DNA of 63,504 nucleotides, filler included, from Lenisia limosa (lineage: Eukaryota; Protista; Breviatea), in assembly GCA_001655205.1 (NCBI GenBank). It is 15 parts of 15 records of this genome, joined end to end, with 100 filler letters (N's around TTAATTAATTAA, not from the genome) between each part and the next. Parts side by side here need not be neighbours in the genome. Positions count along the whole stretch, not along the records: positions 11,401 to 14,687 come from LPNZ01005028.1; positions 14,788 to 17,217 come from LPNZ01000061.1; positions 17,318 to 19,322 come from LPNZ01004575.1; positions 19,423 to 21,702 come from LPNZ01009241.1; positions 21,803 to 26,703 come from LPNZ01009533.1; 10 more parts are not named here. One strand, 5' to 3'. Shown in pieces: positions 12,099-24,159 of this stretch (position 1 is the stretch's first letter; each line of letters opens with the position of its first letter). The position numbers and the translations under genes were made by a program. The notes below the pieces were generated by a model. That model worked only from the letters and a program-made list of their open reading frames with translations. It did not search any database and was not told the DNA's origin.

Positions 12099-13059
12099 TT
12101 ACTCAGCAGCCTTAGCGTCGATCACAAGATCGGTGCCGAGAGCTGAGACCATGGTAATGGTCATGATGTTGTCGTTGGCAATTCCCTTCTCAAGACTGGA
12201 GTGATGAGAAAAGTTTATTTTTTGTGATCAAACACCTTCTTGTACCAGAGATTATTCTATTTTACCACCTGCTACCCCCCCCCCCCNNNNNNNNNNNNNN
12301 NNNNNNNNNNNNNNNNNNNNNNNNNNNNNNNNNNNNCATCACACAAAATGGTTACGTAATCTCCATCAACCTCCAGAACATCGTAGATAGAACGCTGGAT
12401 TCGTAAGAGGCGGTCACTTATACAAGTTTAAATTGAGAATTTATTGGAGTTATCCATTAATCGAGGTTTTTCCAGAGTATTATTGTATTTAACGAGGGTT
12501 TATAGAGGATTTAACGAGGATATTGGAATTTTGCCATAAACCACGCACCTTGACAGGGATTGTTTCTACAGGCGTTCCTGAAGGGAAGTGGCAAGTCAGC
12601 TTCTTGTTCGTGAAAATGTCGATTCCGTCAAGGCGGATAACTGCGTGGCCTAAAGGGGTGACTTCGGGGTATTTGAAAGATGGACTCTTGTGTGTGTAAG
12701 TGTGACACTACAGCGCATGAACTATGGAAATGCCCACTCCCTCCCCACCGTGTTTTCCGTTTTTGAACGAGTGGACGAAAACGACCTTACAGGGGCGGTT
12801 CTTGATCTTGACAAAATCCTTCTTACGAATCTGAAAACAATAAAGGGGGGGGGGTAAAGCTCTGTTGGCTGACAACAAAACAAACAAACCAGGCCAGTCG
12901 CTCCTGCAGCACCGCATCCCATCAGTAATTGGATATTATCATATATCCCCCCACTATCATAAACAGCACACCTCCCACCAATTGGCTTTGCTTGAAGGAG
13001 GTTAACGAGGCTCCAGCATCATTGGAAGAGGTGGAACTACCTTTCGGTTCAGCGGTCAT
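12099..13059 (-). CDS. EIF5A: Translation factor eIF5A, divergent copy
   Basis: Exons 13059-12979, 12830-12749, 12649-12549, 12394-(gap), 12195-12099: MTAEPK...NDAGASLT...IRKKDFVKIKNRPCKVVFVHSFKNGKHGHAVIRLDGIDIFTNKK...VKRSIYDVLEVDGDYVTIL...TMVSALGTD...AAE*. DAGAS, IKxRPCKV, GKHGHA and GIDIFT are eIF5A hallmarks. Confidence 0.92.
12860..12915. repeat. Dispersed repeat family E (unclassified, ~100 bp) in eIF5A intron 1
   Basis: Consensus CGGTGCTGCAGxAGCGACTGGCCTGG(GC)TTTGTTTGTTTTGTT(GTTATCAACCCTCGTGTGTT)GTCAGCCAACAGAGTTGATTTTGGG. Copies or fragments at ~236-262, ~815-840, 14788-14823, 18290-18371, ~30630-30685, 32362-32415, 60060-60135, 62775-62861. Confidence 0.8.
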
Positions 13060-13762
13060 CTGCTTTGGTTAAGGGAAGACAAACAAACAAACAAAAAAAA
13101 AACTCGAGTTATCTGTTAACTAATACAATAGAATGGATAATACGGGTCCCTGATGTAGAGATAATTAGATAAAGGCCTAGATTCAATATTATCTTGTGCT
13201 GGATGATGTCTCAATTGATTGTACGTAAAAATCCACCAATACGTAACAGAGACCCCCACATACCGCGAAATAAAGCAATCAAGTAAAAATGGGTGCTGAA
13301 AATAAGGTGCTTCCATGCTTTTATAGTGGCTACTCGGGCACAGGGCTTGGCCCTATGCCCAAATCATCATGGGGCGAGGGGCGGGATCATTGAAAACCGG
13401 ATACGGCCCTTATCATTGTGTTGCTTGTTATGTTTTGTGTCTAGTAACGCATAGGAGTGGGAAAAAGAAGACGTTGGTAGCTCAGGAGAAAAATAAACAT
13501 TATAAATTATCTAATGGGGATACTATATTCCGATAATCGTCTTATCTGTGATTTTTCTTCAAGTTCTGCCTTTTTCATGTAGTAATCACAGCAAAAACTA
13601 TTGTTATTGTTAAATTGAGGAGGGATTTGACAGAAACCTCGTTATCCCAGTTTCCCCTTTTCCCCTGACTGCTAAGGAGGATAACTAGGCCCCGATAGCA
13701 AAGTAATAGCAGCTTTTAGCGTAAAGTGATGTAAGGTACGTGATCCGTCTGTACGATCCATC

Positions 13763-14530
13763 ATGAGCTCTCATGTGAGCGCTGCTTCTGAGTTCAAAAA
13801 TCTAGTTCAGTTCATTGAGAAGGTTGGGGGAAGGAGGTAAATGTAAATGGGAGAACAGTTTTGATTGTCAAGTTTCATTTTGAGTTTTATCACATATGAT
13901 ATATGTATATATATATACTATATATATATATAATTATATATATTATTGATGTTACTCTGTATTATTCCGGATGATAAATGAGGAATGTTGTATCTGGCCA
14001 AAGCAGTCCACACCATCACGTTTATAAGAGATATTGGATTATAGTATTACAGGTTGGATGACAGAAAGCACTTCTTGCAACCAATAATTTCCCTTACAAA
14101 TCCATTGACACAGCCTTTTTTCGAACCGAAGTGAAGCCCTACTGATAATATAGTGTATATGATCGATTTTCAAATCGAAATGCTGAAAGAAAAAGGGTTN
14201 NNNNNNNNNNNNNNNNNNNNNNNNNNNNNNNNNNNNNNNNNNNNNNNNNNNNNNNNNNNNNNNNNNNNNNNNNNNNNNNNNNNNNNNNNNNNNNNNNNNN
14301 NNNNNNNNNNNNNNNNNNNNNNNNNNNNNNNNNNNNNNNNNNNNNNNNNNNNNNNNNNNNNNNNNNNNNNNNNNNNNNNNNNNNNNNNNNNNNNNNNNNN
14401 NNNNNNNNNNNNNNNNNNNNNNNNNNNNNNNNNNNNNNNNNNNNNNNNNNNNNNNNTCTCGAGCCTTCTCGTTGTTATTCTGTTTCTTCGAGGGGCTGAA
14501 GGACTGCCTAGACCAGCTGCTAAGGCCTTG
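13763..14530 (+). CDS. Hypothetical gene, divergent from eIF5A, 3'-partial
   Basis: ATG at 13763 opens MSSHVSAASEFKNLVQFIEK followed by a GTTGGGGG donor; one more candidate exon near 14490-14530. Confidence 0.4.
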
Positions 14531-14559
14531 TAGGAGGGGATACAATTAGTATTGTTTGG

Positions 14560-14687
14560 TGGGTGAGTGAGTGTGTATATATTTATATATAGATAAAATA
14601 TATATTATATATGGAGTGAGTGTGTATATTTACATATCATATAATATATATATCGATATACTATATATATATATATATATATATATA
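14560..14687. repeat. (TA)n-rich microsatellite tract
   Basis: Direct observation; similar tracts at ~10760-10778 and ~13895-13945. Confidence 0.9.
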
Positions 14688-15336
14688 NNNNNNNNNNNNN
14701 NNNNNNNNNNNNNNNNNNNNNNNNNNNNNNNTTAATTAATTAANNNNNNNNNNNNNNNNNNNNNNNNNNNNNNNNNNNNNNNNNNNNTGTTGTTATCAAC
14801 CCTCGTGTGTTGTCAGCCAACAGATAGGAAGGAAAAGATATAATCCCATGGATCTGTGTCACAACTGACTCAATGCGGTCTTCTTTTGAGTAGAGTCTTA
14901 CTGTCTTCAGTTTATCATCCTCACCACGTCAATTACCAACACCAAGAACTTCCTCCGACCGTTGCTTGTCGAGTAGCTCTGTTTCGATTTTATCTCTCTT
15001 AAATTATGAAATGATGTACTATTACTAGAGTGGGTTGTTTTGCGGGAAGGAAAAGGGTGAAGGGGCTGATAAGATCAAGAAGTAAAAAAGAACAAAGCAG
15101 ACGAACATATCAGGCAGGTCTTATGATAATAAGAATGACGAAAACAATTCTGCCACTAAGAGAAAGCTAACAAAGTCAGGGAGGCTTCAGAGAGAAAATC
15201 TAAGGAAAAAGAGACTTGAATTTCGCTGAAGTGGACATAATCGAGTCAAAAACCAACCAAAACCGTGATTCAACACTTGACACAGCCAAAAACATGGACG
15301 AGGAGAGTTTGTATTCTTTAAGAAGTCAAGTAGTGT

Positions 15337-15726
15337 TTACTTCTTAGCGCGCTGGGCGCGGAGAACGTCTTCCATCTCGGTGCGCTTTCTCTTAGCACGA
15401 GTGTGAGTGCCAAGCTAAAAAAAGTCAGCTCCCTTTCATATTATTATTTTGAGCTTTACAAGGCAACATTGTAAACCGAAATAAAAAGAACCCAGACATA
15501 CACGGCGTTTAGCGAGCTTGAGGGCGCGCTTGTCGTGGCCGATCTTAAGAAGTTCCATGATACGGCGCTCATAGGGGGCGAATCCAGCGATCTCGCGGAC
15601 GACACCACGAACGAAGTTGACGTGAACGCTCTGGCGGCCCTTACGGCGAGAAGGACGCTCGGGAAGCTTGCGCTTCTCGGTAACGTGACCCTTGTTGAGG
15701 CCAAAAGCGATTCCAGATGCAACCAT
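15337..15726 (-). CDS. RPL36: 60S ribosomal protein L36 (eL36)
   Basis: Exons 15726-15502 and 15414-15337: [18 protein letters not shown]...[58 protein letters not shown]. Confidence 0.98.
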
Positions 15727-16310
15727 CTAAGAAATGAATTAGAATATGTTATTTCAGAAGAAATAGGCAAGAAACACCAAAATCACAGCATACTATATCC
15801 TCGGCTCCAGGAAAAAGGTAGAAACTTCAAAAAAAATTTCACAAAAAGATAACTGGATGACCTCAGTACAGTTCATTCGTGAACTGAACTATTATTCGAA
15901 ATTACTCGATAATTTTCGACTAAGCTTCATAGTTTGATTTTGTATAATTTAGAGCCTCTACCTGGAGTTAGAACTCTTCTAGCCCAGTTTTTTCTAGAGG
16001 GATTAATAAAGGAAGTGTAGGAAAGTAGATAGGCTTTGTGTTAAGTTATATTTTTTTTTTAGAGCCGCTCGCTGGTTTGAAAGGTTTTAATTAAAGTAAG
16101 CTAATGGCAAAACGCATAATACCAAAATATTAGGTGGTTTTCTACATTTGTTTCTCGGGAATATGAGGTATCTACATGTTCCAGGGCGTTATTCTTGAAG
16201 CTATCTTCTGATCTTTGATAATATGTATCTGAAAATGTATTTATATGTTGTAAAATGCAAAATACCCTTGTTTTGGTGATTTACCTCCTTCATTTTTAAC
16301 CCCTTGTAGG

Positions 16311-16960
16311 GTGCAGTCACGATGGATGACTCTGCCGAGATGCAGAAGTAAGTATTTCGGGATGCCTTTGCTGGTATAACCGTTCTAGCTCTTCTCCTGC
16401 CACCCCCCCTGTCCCAGATCTTAATGTTGATGAGTTGACAAGTACCCCTCCCAAGCAGGCTGCTTATAGACCAAGTGTAAGTGAAAGCAAAGTTCAGGCG
16501 GATTTACTGTGTTTAGAGCTCAACGGCAGCCTCGCCACGTCCTTTGTTCCAGTCCCCAGGCATCCACCCCCATATGTCTGCCACCAACATGGCCCCGTTA
16601 TACAGCTCTATCGGTTCAGTCAATGGCAGTCTCGCTTCGTCTATTGGAGGTATTGTGGATGGTTTACAGAAGAAGCAGAAATGGAAAAGCTTGCGTTTTT
16701 GGGTCTTTAATTTTAAACAAAAGCTTGATGCAAGAAGTCAGGTTTTTCTTCATCTTTCTCTTATGGAATACTTCCATTTCTGTCTGTTTTATCCCGTTTC
16801 ATTGTTACTCAAATTTCCTATCTTTTGTATATTCAACTTTGACAATTTGCACATTTTGCTGACCCTGAAGGCGGTGACGATTCGGCTCTCAACAGGTCAT
16901 CAATCTTCCAGCAGAAGTACAAGGCTGAGGTCGAGTTCAAGCGAGCCAAGGATGAGGTTT
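16311..16960 (+). CDS. Small hypothetical multi-exon gene
   Basis: Three AG/GT bounded blocks (~16311-16348, ~16510-16650, ~16895-16960); last reads SSIFQQKYKAEVEFKRAKDE with coding-like codon use. Frame of middle exon ambiguous. Confidence 0.4.
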
Positions 16961-17559
16961 GAGGAGTTCTAATTTGCTGAGAAACAGTGAGCAGGGCATG
17001 ACCGGATTTAAATCTTTATTGTTTTTCTATCAAGGTCAAAACCGTTTTCGTGTCTATTAAGGAGATTTAGTCGTTATTCATAGTTTTATGGCAATTATAT
17101 ACATGTATGTCAGCCGTACCACAACCGATAGAGGGCATTTTGGGTGTTTGGTTGACCAAATTCATATTTTCAGTCGTTTCCTCTGCCTCATTTCATGTTG
17201 TAGATCATTTCCCATTTNNNNNNNNNNNNNNNNNNNNNNNNNNNNNNNNNNNNNNNNNNNNTTAATTAATTAANNNNNNNNNNNNNNNNNNNNNNNNNNN
17301 NNNNNNNNNNNNNNNNNTAGAGGTACTATATACATATATAATATATAGAGCTTTACAGTTATGCATTATATCCATTGTATAGTATAACAGTGGCCAGGAT
17401 AATGACCAAGGAAAATAGTTCACGACTATCCCGATCACTGTATAGCGTATAATATATCTCATATGTAGCGAGTATATATATCATATATCAAATACATGTA
17501 CATAATATCTAGCATTTAACATAATATTTGAGGGAGTATAGCTATCATATAAAACAATA

Positions 17560-19322
17560 AACAAACCTGGGGGTGCAGGGGGACTGAAGTGAGCAAGGGC
17601 TGCGGTCGCGGGGCTAATGCAGTCACAATATGGAGAGAGAGAGAGAGAGTACAATATTTCTTATTCAAAAGACAATCCCCACCTCACATTTTTTACTACC
17701 CTCCTCAGGCGGCGGGGGTGCTGCTGTGAAAACTGGGCCTTGCAGAGCCCATTGCCTCGGCTCTAGCCGCGTGAATATCCCGCTGTTCCTGGGGGGGGGG
17801 NNNNNNNNNNNNNNNNNNNNNNNNNNNNNNNNNNNNNNNNNNNNNNNNNNNNNNNNNNNNNNNNNNNNNNNNNNNNNNNNNNNNNNNNNNNNNNNNNNNN
17901 NNNNNNNNNNNNNNNNNNNNNNTGTTGGTCCTGGCCACTGTATATATAATATAGAAATCGGTCAAGACTTATCCTGGTCAATGTATAAAGAGAATGAAAG
18001 TTGTCCCATAAACATCCCTCCCAGAATACTATCGGAATGTGTTTTTTTTTCTGTGCAGTGTATGCCCCTCCTCTATATTTTCCCCCAGGTTCTTTAACAA
18101 TATGCCATACCTTGGCGGTTTTGCTTCAGTTGGAGGGGTGGCTTCCGGAGGTTCAGAGGGGGGCGGAATGTAAGTCGGTANNNNNNNNNNNNNNNNNNNN
18201 NNNNNNNNNNNNNNNNNNNNNNNNNNNNNNNNNNNNNNNNNNNNNNNNNNNNNNNNNNNNNNNNNNNNNNNNNNNNNNNNNNNNNNNNNCAAACAAAGCC
18301 CTGGCTGACAACACACAAGGGTTGATAATAACAAAACAAACAAAGCCCAGGCCAGTTGCTTGCAGCACCGCAGTGTAAATGGAAATTAAGGAAAGCCAAA
18401 TGATTGGGTGATATTGTTACATTACTCATATGGCAATGAGAAATAAAAAATATCTCGCCGAAGCCGTCCACACCATCACACTTATAAGAGATATTGGATT
18501 ATAGTAACATTAATTCACCCAATCATTTGCCTTACAACTCTGTGCACACAGCTTTCTGCGTTCCTCCTCAGCATACATAAGTATGGTGGTGTGGCAACGG
18601 CCAGATACACCCTTGTGTTATTCCCAGGGTTCCGTGCAATTAATTAATAAACTAATGACAAAATTTATAACAAAAGCGTCTGGAATAGGGTTCTCGTTAC
18701 ACTATGTCCGACTTAAAATTTTGAAATATTTTTTCAATTAATTGCACGGAGCCTTAAATTTCTGATTTCTACAAATGAGATATTGTGATATGCAGGAGGA
18801 AAATAGCCGAAATCAGTAAAACACCACCAACAGAGGAATCTTGGATATTTTGCCCCAGAAGAGACAACTCCGGAGTATCAGAATTATTCTGTATAGTCGG
18901 GACAGAAGGGAAGGGGTACACCATGGCAACTGGCTGCGAGGCCGACTACATACCATAAAAGGAAGGTAACTACCACAAAAGTAAGGTTTGTCATAAGTGA
19001 TTACCACAAAAGGAATGTTTTCGGAGTAAATAATACAAGCTAGGTCAACAGGAAGGTCTAATATTTTTTACTTACACAAAAAAAAGGAAGCGGATGGGAG
19101 AGGAAATGATAGATCAAAAAATGGAAAAGTAATGAAAAGAAACAAACAAAAAACAAAACACACACAAATTAAGAACAAAAAACCCTCAAACCGGCAGCAG
19201 CTTTCGGGCTAATTCCGACATAGGGGCGCCTAGGGGGAGGGCAACTGCCGAAATGGCCATGGTACTGTCCAGATCGGTGACGTCATCATCTGCCTCGGGG
19301 GAGGGGTCGAGCACCAGGGTCC
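17560..19322 (-). CDS. Proline-rich hypothetical protein, partial
   Basis: Candidate exons TLVLDPSPEADDDV..., SASQPVAMVYPFPSV..., PTYIPPPSEPPEATPPTEAKPPR, NSGIFTRLEPRQW..., APRPQPLLTSVPCTP; the last three join in phase across GT-AG introns. Confidence 0.5.
18432..18575. repeat. Dispersed repeat family D (unclassified, ~130-170 bp)
   Basis: Consensus GCAATGAGAAATAAAAAAT...G(G/C)ACGAAGCCGTCCACACCATCACGCTTATAAGAGATATTGGATTATAGT...ATTCACCCAATCATTTGCCTTACAACTCTGTGCAC. Copies at ~621-660, ~3900-4000, 8799-8870, ~13990-14112, 22245-22367, ~30965-31065, 32876-32972, ~45105-45130, 63220-63343. Confidence 0.85.
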
Positions 19323-20224
19323 NNNNNNNNNNNNNNNNNNNNNNNNNNNNNNNNNNNNNNNNNNNNTTAATTAATTAANNNNNNNNNNNNNNNNNNNNNN
19401 NNNNNNNNNNNNNNNNNNNNNNAATCCAATTGGTGCTCAGAACCCACCAGTCTGTTAATGTAAGCGTTTCTGAGGCAAGTTAAATTGGTCCAGTAAAAAA
19501 TAAAGATATTATTTACGGCGACATACCAGTGAGTTTGGCGTAGGATTCTTTTTTATCAATAAAAATAATGTGATCATAAATACAAACATACATATCTATA
19601 TGCATATCATATATAATTTACACAGCTAAATACATATGCGTGTCCAACTAAACCCTAGAAAACCCTATTATTTATTTTTTTTGAACCAGATAATGCCTTG
19701 TTTCGCCCAATCTATTGAATTGATTCTCTGTAAAGCAAATCTACATATTATATGATACATAATATCATATGTATAGTAATATTATTTCTAATGTTTTACT
19801 ATTGATACTTATCTGATACGCTACCACCGTACCACCAGTCTAGCGTTACTGAGGCAAACGCAATATTGTTATCAAATTATTCATGTATTCTAGATATGAA
19901 TAGTATAGTATTGATTCCACCAAACCAGTCTATAATCTATAATAAACATAAGCTGTTTTTGAGGTCAAGGCTATATATTCATAAAATATGGAGGAAAACC
20001 ATTGTCAAAATTTTGAAATTAAAGTGTATTACCCCGCCCCGCTTATCTCTATCATCCCCTACTTCCCAAGGGAGTAGGGGGGGGGGGTTAAATTTTTCTC
20101 AAATATCTCTTTAAAATTTATCTTTGATATCTAATTGAAATTATAGTGTATTTTGAATTAAAGTGCATTTTGAAATTTGTCTAAAGTATCTTTGTCTTAG
20201 ATACCTCTTCATTTCCTCTTCTAG

Positions 20225-21570
20225 GCAAACCATTCAGTTCATGCGAAATTCGACGACAGCGATTCAGATGGCACAAACAAGTGAGAGGGGAGGTAAATAT
20301 GATTTATAAACGAAGTGGGAGGGCGGAGTATGGACAGAATGTTTTATTCCTATGTNNNNNNNNNNNNNNNNNNNNNNNNNNNNNNNNNNNNNNNNNNNNN
20401 NNNNNNNNNNNNNNNNNNNNNNNNNNNNNNNNNNNNNNNNNNNNNNNNNNNNNNNNNNNNNNNNNNNNNNNNNNNNNNNNNNNNNNNNNNNNNNNNNNNN
20501 NNNNNNNNNGTACATATAACTGTGTAACCATATATTTTTTCGAGGATCTATCGAGAAATTCCGTCTTTTTTCGAACAAAAGTGAAGCCCTACTTGTGATT
20601 CTGTGGACTATTTCCAAATATCACTGTTTTACCACCGATCTTTCACTCAAACAAAAAAAATTGTACCACCTTGGAGTTTCCCTGATATTACAGCATCCGA
20701 GTCCCCCTCAAAAGCCATCAATTCAGCCTCGACCAGTTCCTTGCTTTGTTCAACTACCCCATAATTAAGATGGCTACGTAGGCCTTCCAGGTTTTGTGAT
20801 GAAGCATTAGTCTCTTTTCAGTGTACTTGATTTCTTTTATTAAAATCACTATTTCAATATCATATGATATGAAATATTGTGATTTTGGTTCAGATTAGTT
20901 GATTTTATGTTGTTAACTTTATCGTGGTCAGTGCACATATAGTATATATATGTAATATGTACATACGGATAAGTCTTGAACGATTTGCTATGTGATTTCC
21001 CAAGGAAAGTAGGTCAAGACTTATCCCTATACAAGTATGGATTTTTTTTTTTTTTTTTTTTGATCCTTTTAGTTTGAGAGTTACCGTTTATAAGNNNNNN
21101 NNNNNNNNNNNNNNNNNNNNNNNNNNNNNNNNNNNNNNGGCATCAATGACACAGGACCTCAAATTGAAAGTATGAGGGGGAGTAATTAGAGAGTAATAGG
21201 GAAAGTGTTTGAGGTAAAATAGTAAGAGGGGATAAATCATCACTTTCGGTTTCAAAAAGGCTGAGTTCTCAATATATCCTTGATAAATATCGATATTTCA
21301 CATGCCTTTTTGAACCGAAGTGAGGCTCTAAATACATAACAGTGGGGAGTCCTTTTGTTTTGTGGTATCCCTATGTAATCTTTTCTTCGAGAATGTTTTA
21401 TTTTCTTGCTCTATTACCTTTGGTTACATTTGATAACATTTGATTACTTTTGATTGCATTTGATTACTTTTGATTACCTTTATAGATCCATCCGCTCCCA
21501 TGCATCAAGAACATTTTGCCCCAGAAGAAGAAATATGAGATTGTTGCCGGAAACAGCCTGTCTGGATTAA
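20225..21570 (+). CDS. Hypothetical multi-exon gene, partial
   Basis: Exons ANHSVHAKFDDSDSDGTN, IRVPLKSHQFSLDQFLALFNYPIIKMA (in phase with the former), IHPLPCIKNILPQKKKYEIVAGNSLSGLR. Confidence 0.5.
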
Positions 21571-22025
21571 GGGTATTCTGGGGATATCTTAGGGCGGTCG
21601 TCCAATTTATTCAGTGATTTCCCAAGGTAAATAGGGCAGGTCATCCAATATATATACATGTAGTATACCTAAATTTTGACTTGACCCCATACCCCAAATG
21701 TTNNNNNNNNNNNNNNNNNNNNNNNNNNNNNNNNNNNNNNNNNNNNTTAATTAATTAANNNNNNNNNNNNNNNNNNNNNNNNNNNNNNNNNNNNNNNNNN
21801 NNTGTTCAGAGTGTCAACTTATTTCAAATCAAAATATGATACCATAATATGATATAAAAATGAGTTTTTATAAAAAAAAAATGTATTTCGGTTCTACAGG
21901 GTGGGTTATATAATGCTCCAGCCATATAACGCCCCAACAAACCAGTCAGTAAAGCGCAATAGGCAACCCAGGGCACAAAGACGTCTTGATCCTACACCAT
22001 CAGAAGGTTATGGGGGTCTGATGTC

Positions 22026-22126
22026 GAGGGCTTCACTGCGGTACGATAACGACCGGTAAAATATCGATATTTATCGAGGATTTATTGAGATTTTCAGTCT
22101 TTTTTTGGGACCGCAGGGAAGCCCTA
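22026..22126. mobile_element. MITE family A copy with degenerate 8-bp TSD
   Basis: TIRs GAGGGCTTCACTGCGG / CCGCAGGGAAGCCCTA; flanks CTGATGTC / ATGATGTT (6 of 8 match). Confidence 0.8.
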
Positions 22127-22394
22127 ATGATGTTCAAAGGAAATAGCAATGAAACCATCATTACTTGGGCTGTATTTGATTATTATTTTGTTTGAGTAAT
22201 TGACAAAATTTGATGTTGGAAAGAGCGACCAAGCTGCCAAAATATAGCAATGATGAGAAATAAAAAATAAGATTGAATCTGGACGAAGCCGTTCACACCA
22301 TCACGCTTATAAGAGATATTGTACTATTAATTCCCAATCATTTGCCTTACAACTCTGTGCACAAGCTGCCAAAATAGTTTACCCCCCCCCCACG

Positions 22395-23903
22395 TTAAGA
22401 AGCTGTGAAAACGAGTTGAGAAGGGGCACGGCTGAAGCCGCAGATGCGACCGACTCAATGCCACAGGTCGAAAAAAGGACCTTGATATCGGGGGGCTGGC
22501 GGCGTAAAACGAAGGCAAGTGATGAAGAATATTGGCATAAAAGGTACTCATCACAAATAAAACATAGAAACAAGACATTGTGTGGGTAAAAATATCAAAT
22601 GTATGAAAAAAACAAAGGTCTGTTGGCTTGAAGCGAAATGGAGGGTGGGGTGCTATGAAAAGTGATATATATGGGTTGGGATGGTGTGCGATGAAACTTC
22701 ACCAATTTAACACATTAGCTTCCCCACGGGGCCTATAGACGACACGACAACGCTGACGCTCGACGCAATTCCTGGCGTCTTGACCTGGACGCTTTCGTCG
22801 GGACACTCGTAAACCTGGGGGGGGGGGGAGNNNNNNNNNNNNNNNNNNNNNNNNNNNNNNNNNNNNNNNNNNNNNNNNNNNNNNNNNNNNNNNNNNNNNN
22901 NNNNNNNNNNNNNNNNNNNNNNNNNNNNNNNNNNNNNNNNNNNNNNNNNNNNNNNNNNNNNNNNNNNNNNNNNNNNNNNNNAAGGAGCCAAAATCAGTTG
23001 GCCAAGTATTTGAACATACAAAGATTAAAATGGGATGATATAAACAACCAAACAAAAGAAAAGAAATCAACTATGAGGGGTGATGTGAATTTCTAACAAT
23101 TGAAGACAAAACCAAACAAGAGGATATTTGGATACATAAAGCTTCAAGTCACAATACGACAAAACCGCCCATCTCCTCAAACAGGGTGAAAAAACACTTT
23201 TCGGTAAGAGAACGAAAAAAAAGTAAAAGGGAAAACTAAAATCCAAATTGGGGGGGGGGGGGGNNNNNNNNNNNNNNNNNNNNNNNNNNNNNNNNNNNNN
23301 NNNNNNNNNNNNNNNNNNNNNNNNNNNNNNNNNACGAGGACTTCACTCTCGATGTAGTCTCTGGATAAGAATACATTCCCCATAAAAACTGATGCTGCGT
23401 CCGTTGCTCGAACCAAGACAAAGCCTGCCGACAGAAAACAACATATGGTAATAAGCTGGCAAAAAACGCAGTAGTTTCATTCAACACATCAAGCAATGTT
23501 CACAAAGTGGCATTGAAAAATAGTTGAACATTAAGTAGACAAGAGAAGAAGGAACAAAAAAGGCAACTATAAGCACGAAGGGAACACGAAATAAAAACAG
23601 CCCTCAGCTGCCTTGGCTACACCTAAAAACAATCCATCTCTTCACTCAACCACAAACCTTGGAATATCTGTAATGCTGATCGACAAGTTGAACAAGATGA
23701 ATAGCGAGCTCTGAAGGAAGTGGGGGAGCGTCTCGTTGGTCTTCTCCATTATAGAGCCGTTCTATTTCAACATCAATGACAAACTGCCGAGAAGGAAGGC
23801 CAATGCGTGCCTCCCATAACTGAATAATGCCCTCATCCGAAGTGGTATCACTACAGGGCCTCCAAACGCCGCTGGTTATTGATGCTTGTGCACCAAACTT
23901 CAT
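22395..23903 (-). CDS. Hypothetical multi-exon gene
   Basis: ORF MKFGAQASITSGVWRPCSDTT... with donor at SK|GTTTGT and further candidate exons near 23335-23420, 22700-22815, 22395-22545. Confidence 0.4.
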
Positions 23904-24159
23904 ACTTATTTACCTAACATCCGTTTCAAATGATTGGTTTAATTTTTTTTAAAAGACCATCTTATATTAGTTATATTAATCACATAATTTAAGTGTTTTT
24001 CTGGAAATCAGCAAAAAATGATATTGTTAATGAATTTCGCTAATATATACAAAGATTGAATCTGTAACATGCGACGATTGTCAAAAATATCCTTCTTTAT
24101 ATAAGTGAATCTCTTTGCAATGAAGAACACCCCACAGAAGTAAGATTTATTACTTGTAA

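Noticed and set aside
13335-13359. GC-rich hairpin GGGCACAGGGC-TTG-GCCCTATGCCC in the eIF5A divergent intergenic region
   Set aside because: Single short copy with no other support; compatible with chance.
21420-21482. 10-bp TTTGATTAC-type tandem and other short direct repeats (5324-5401, 32030-32075, 55955-56010)
   Set aside because: Ordinary slippage-type intronic repeats with no further structure.
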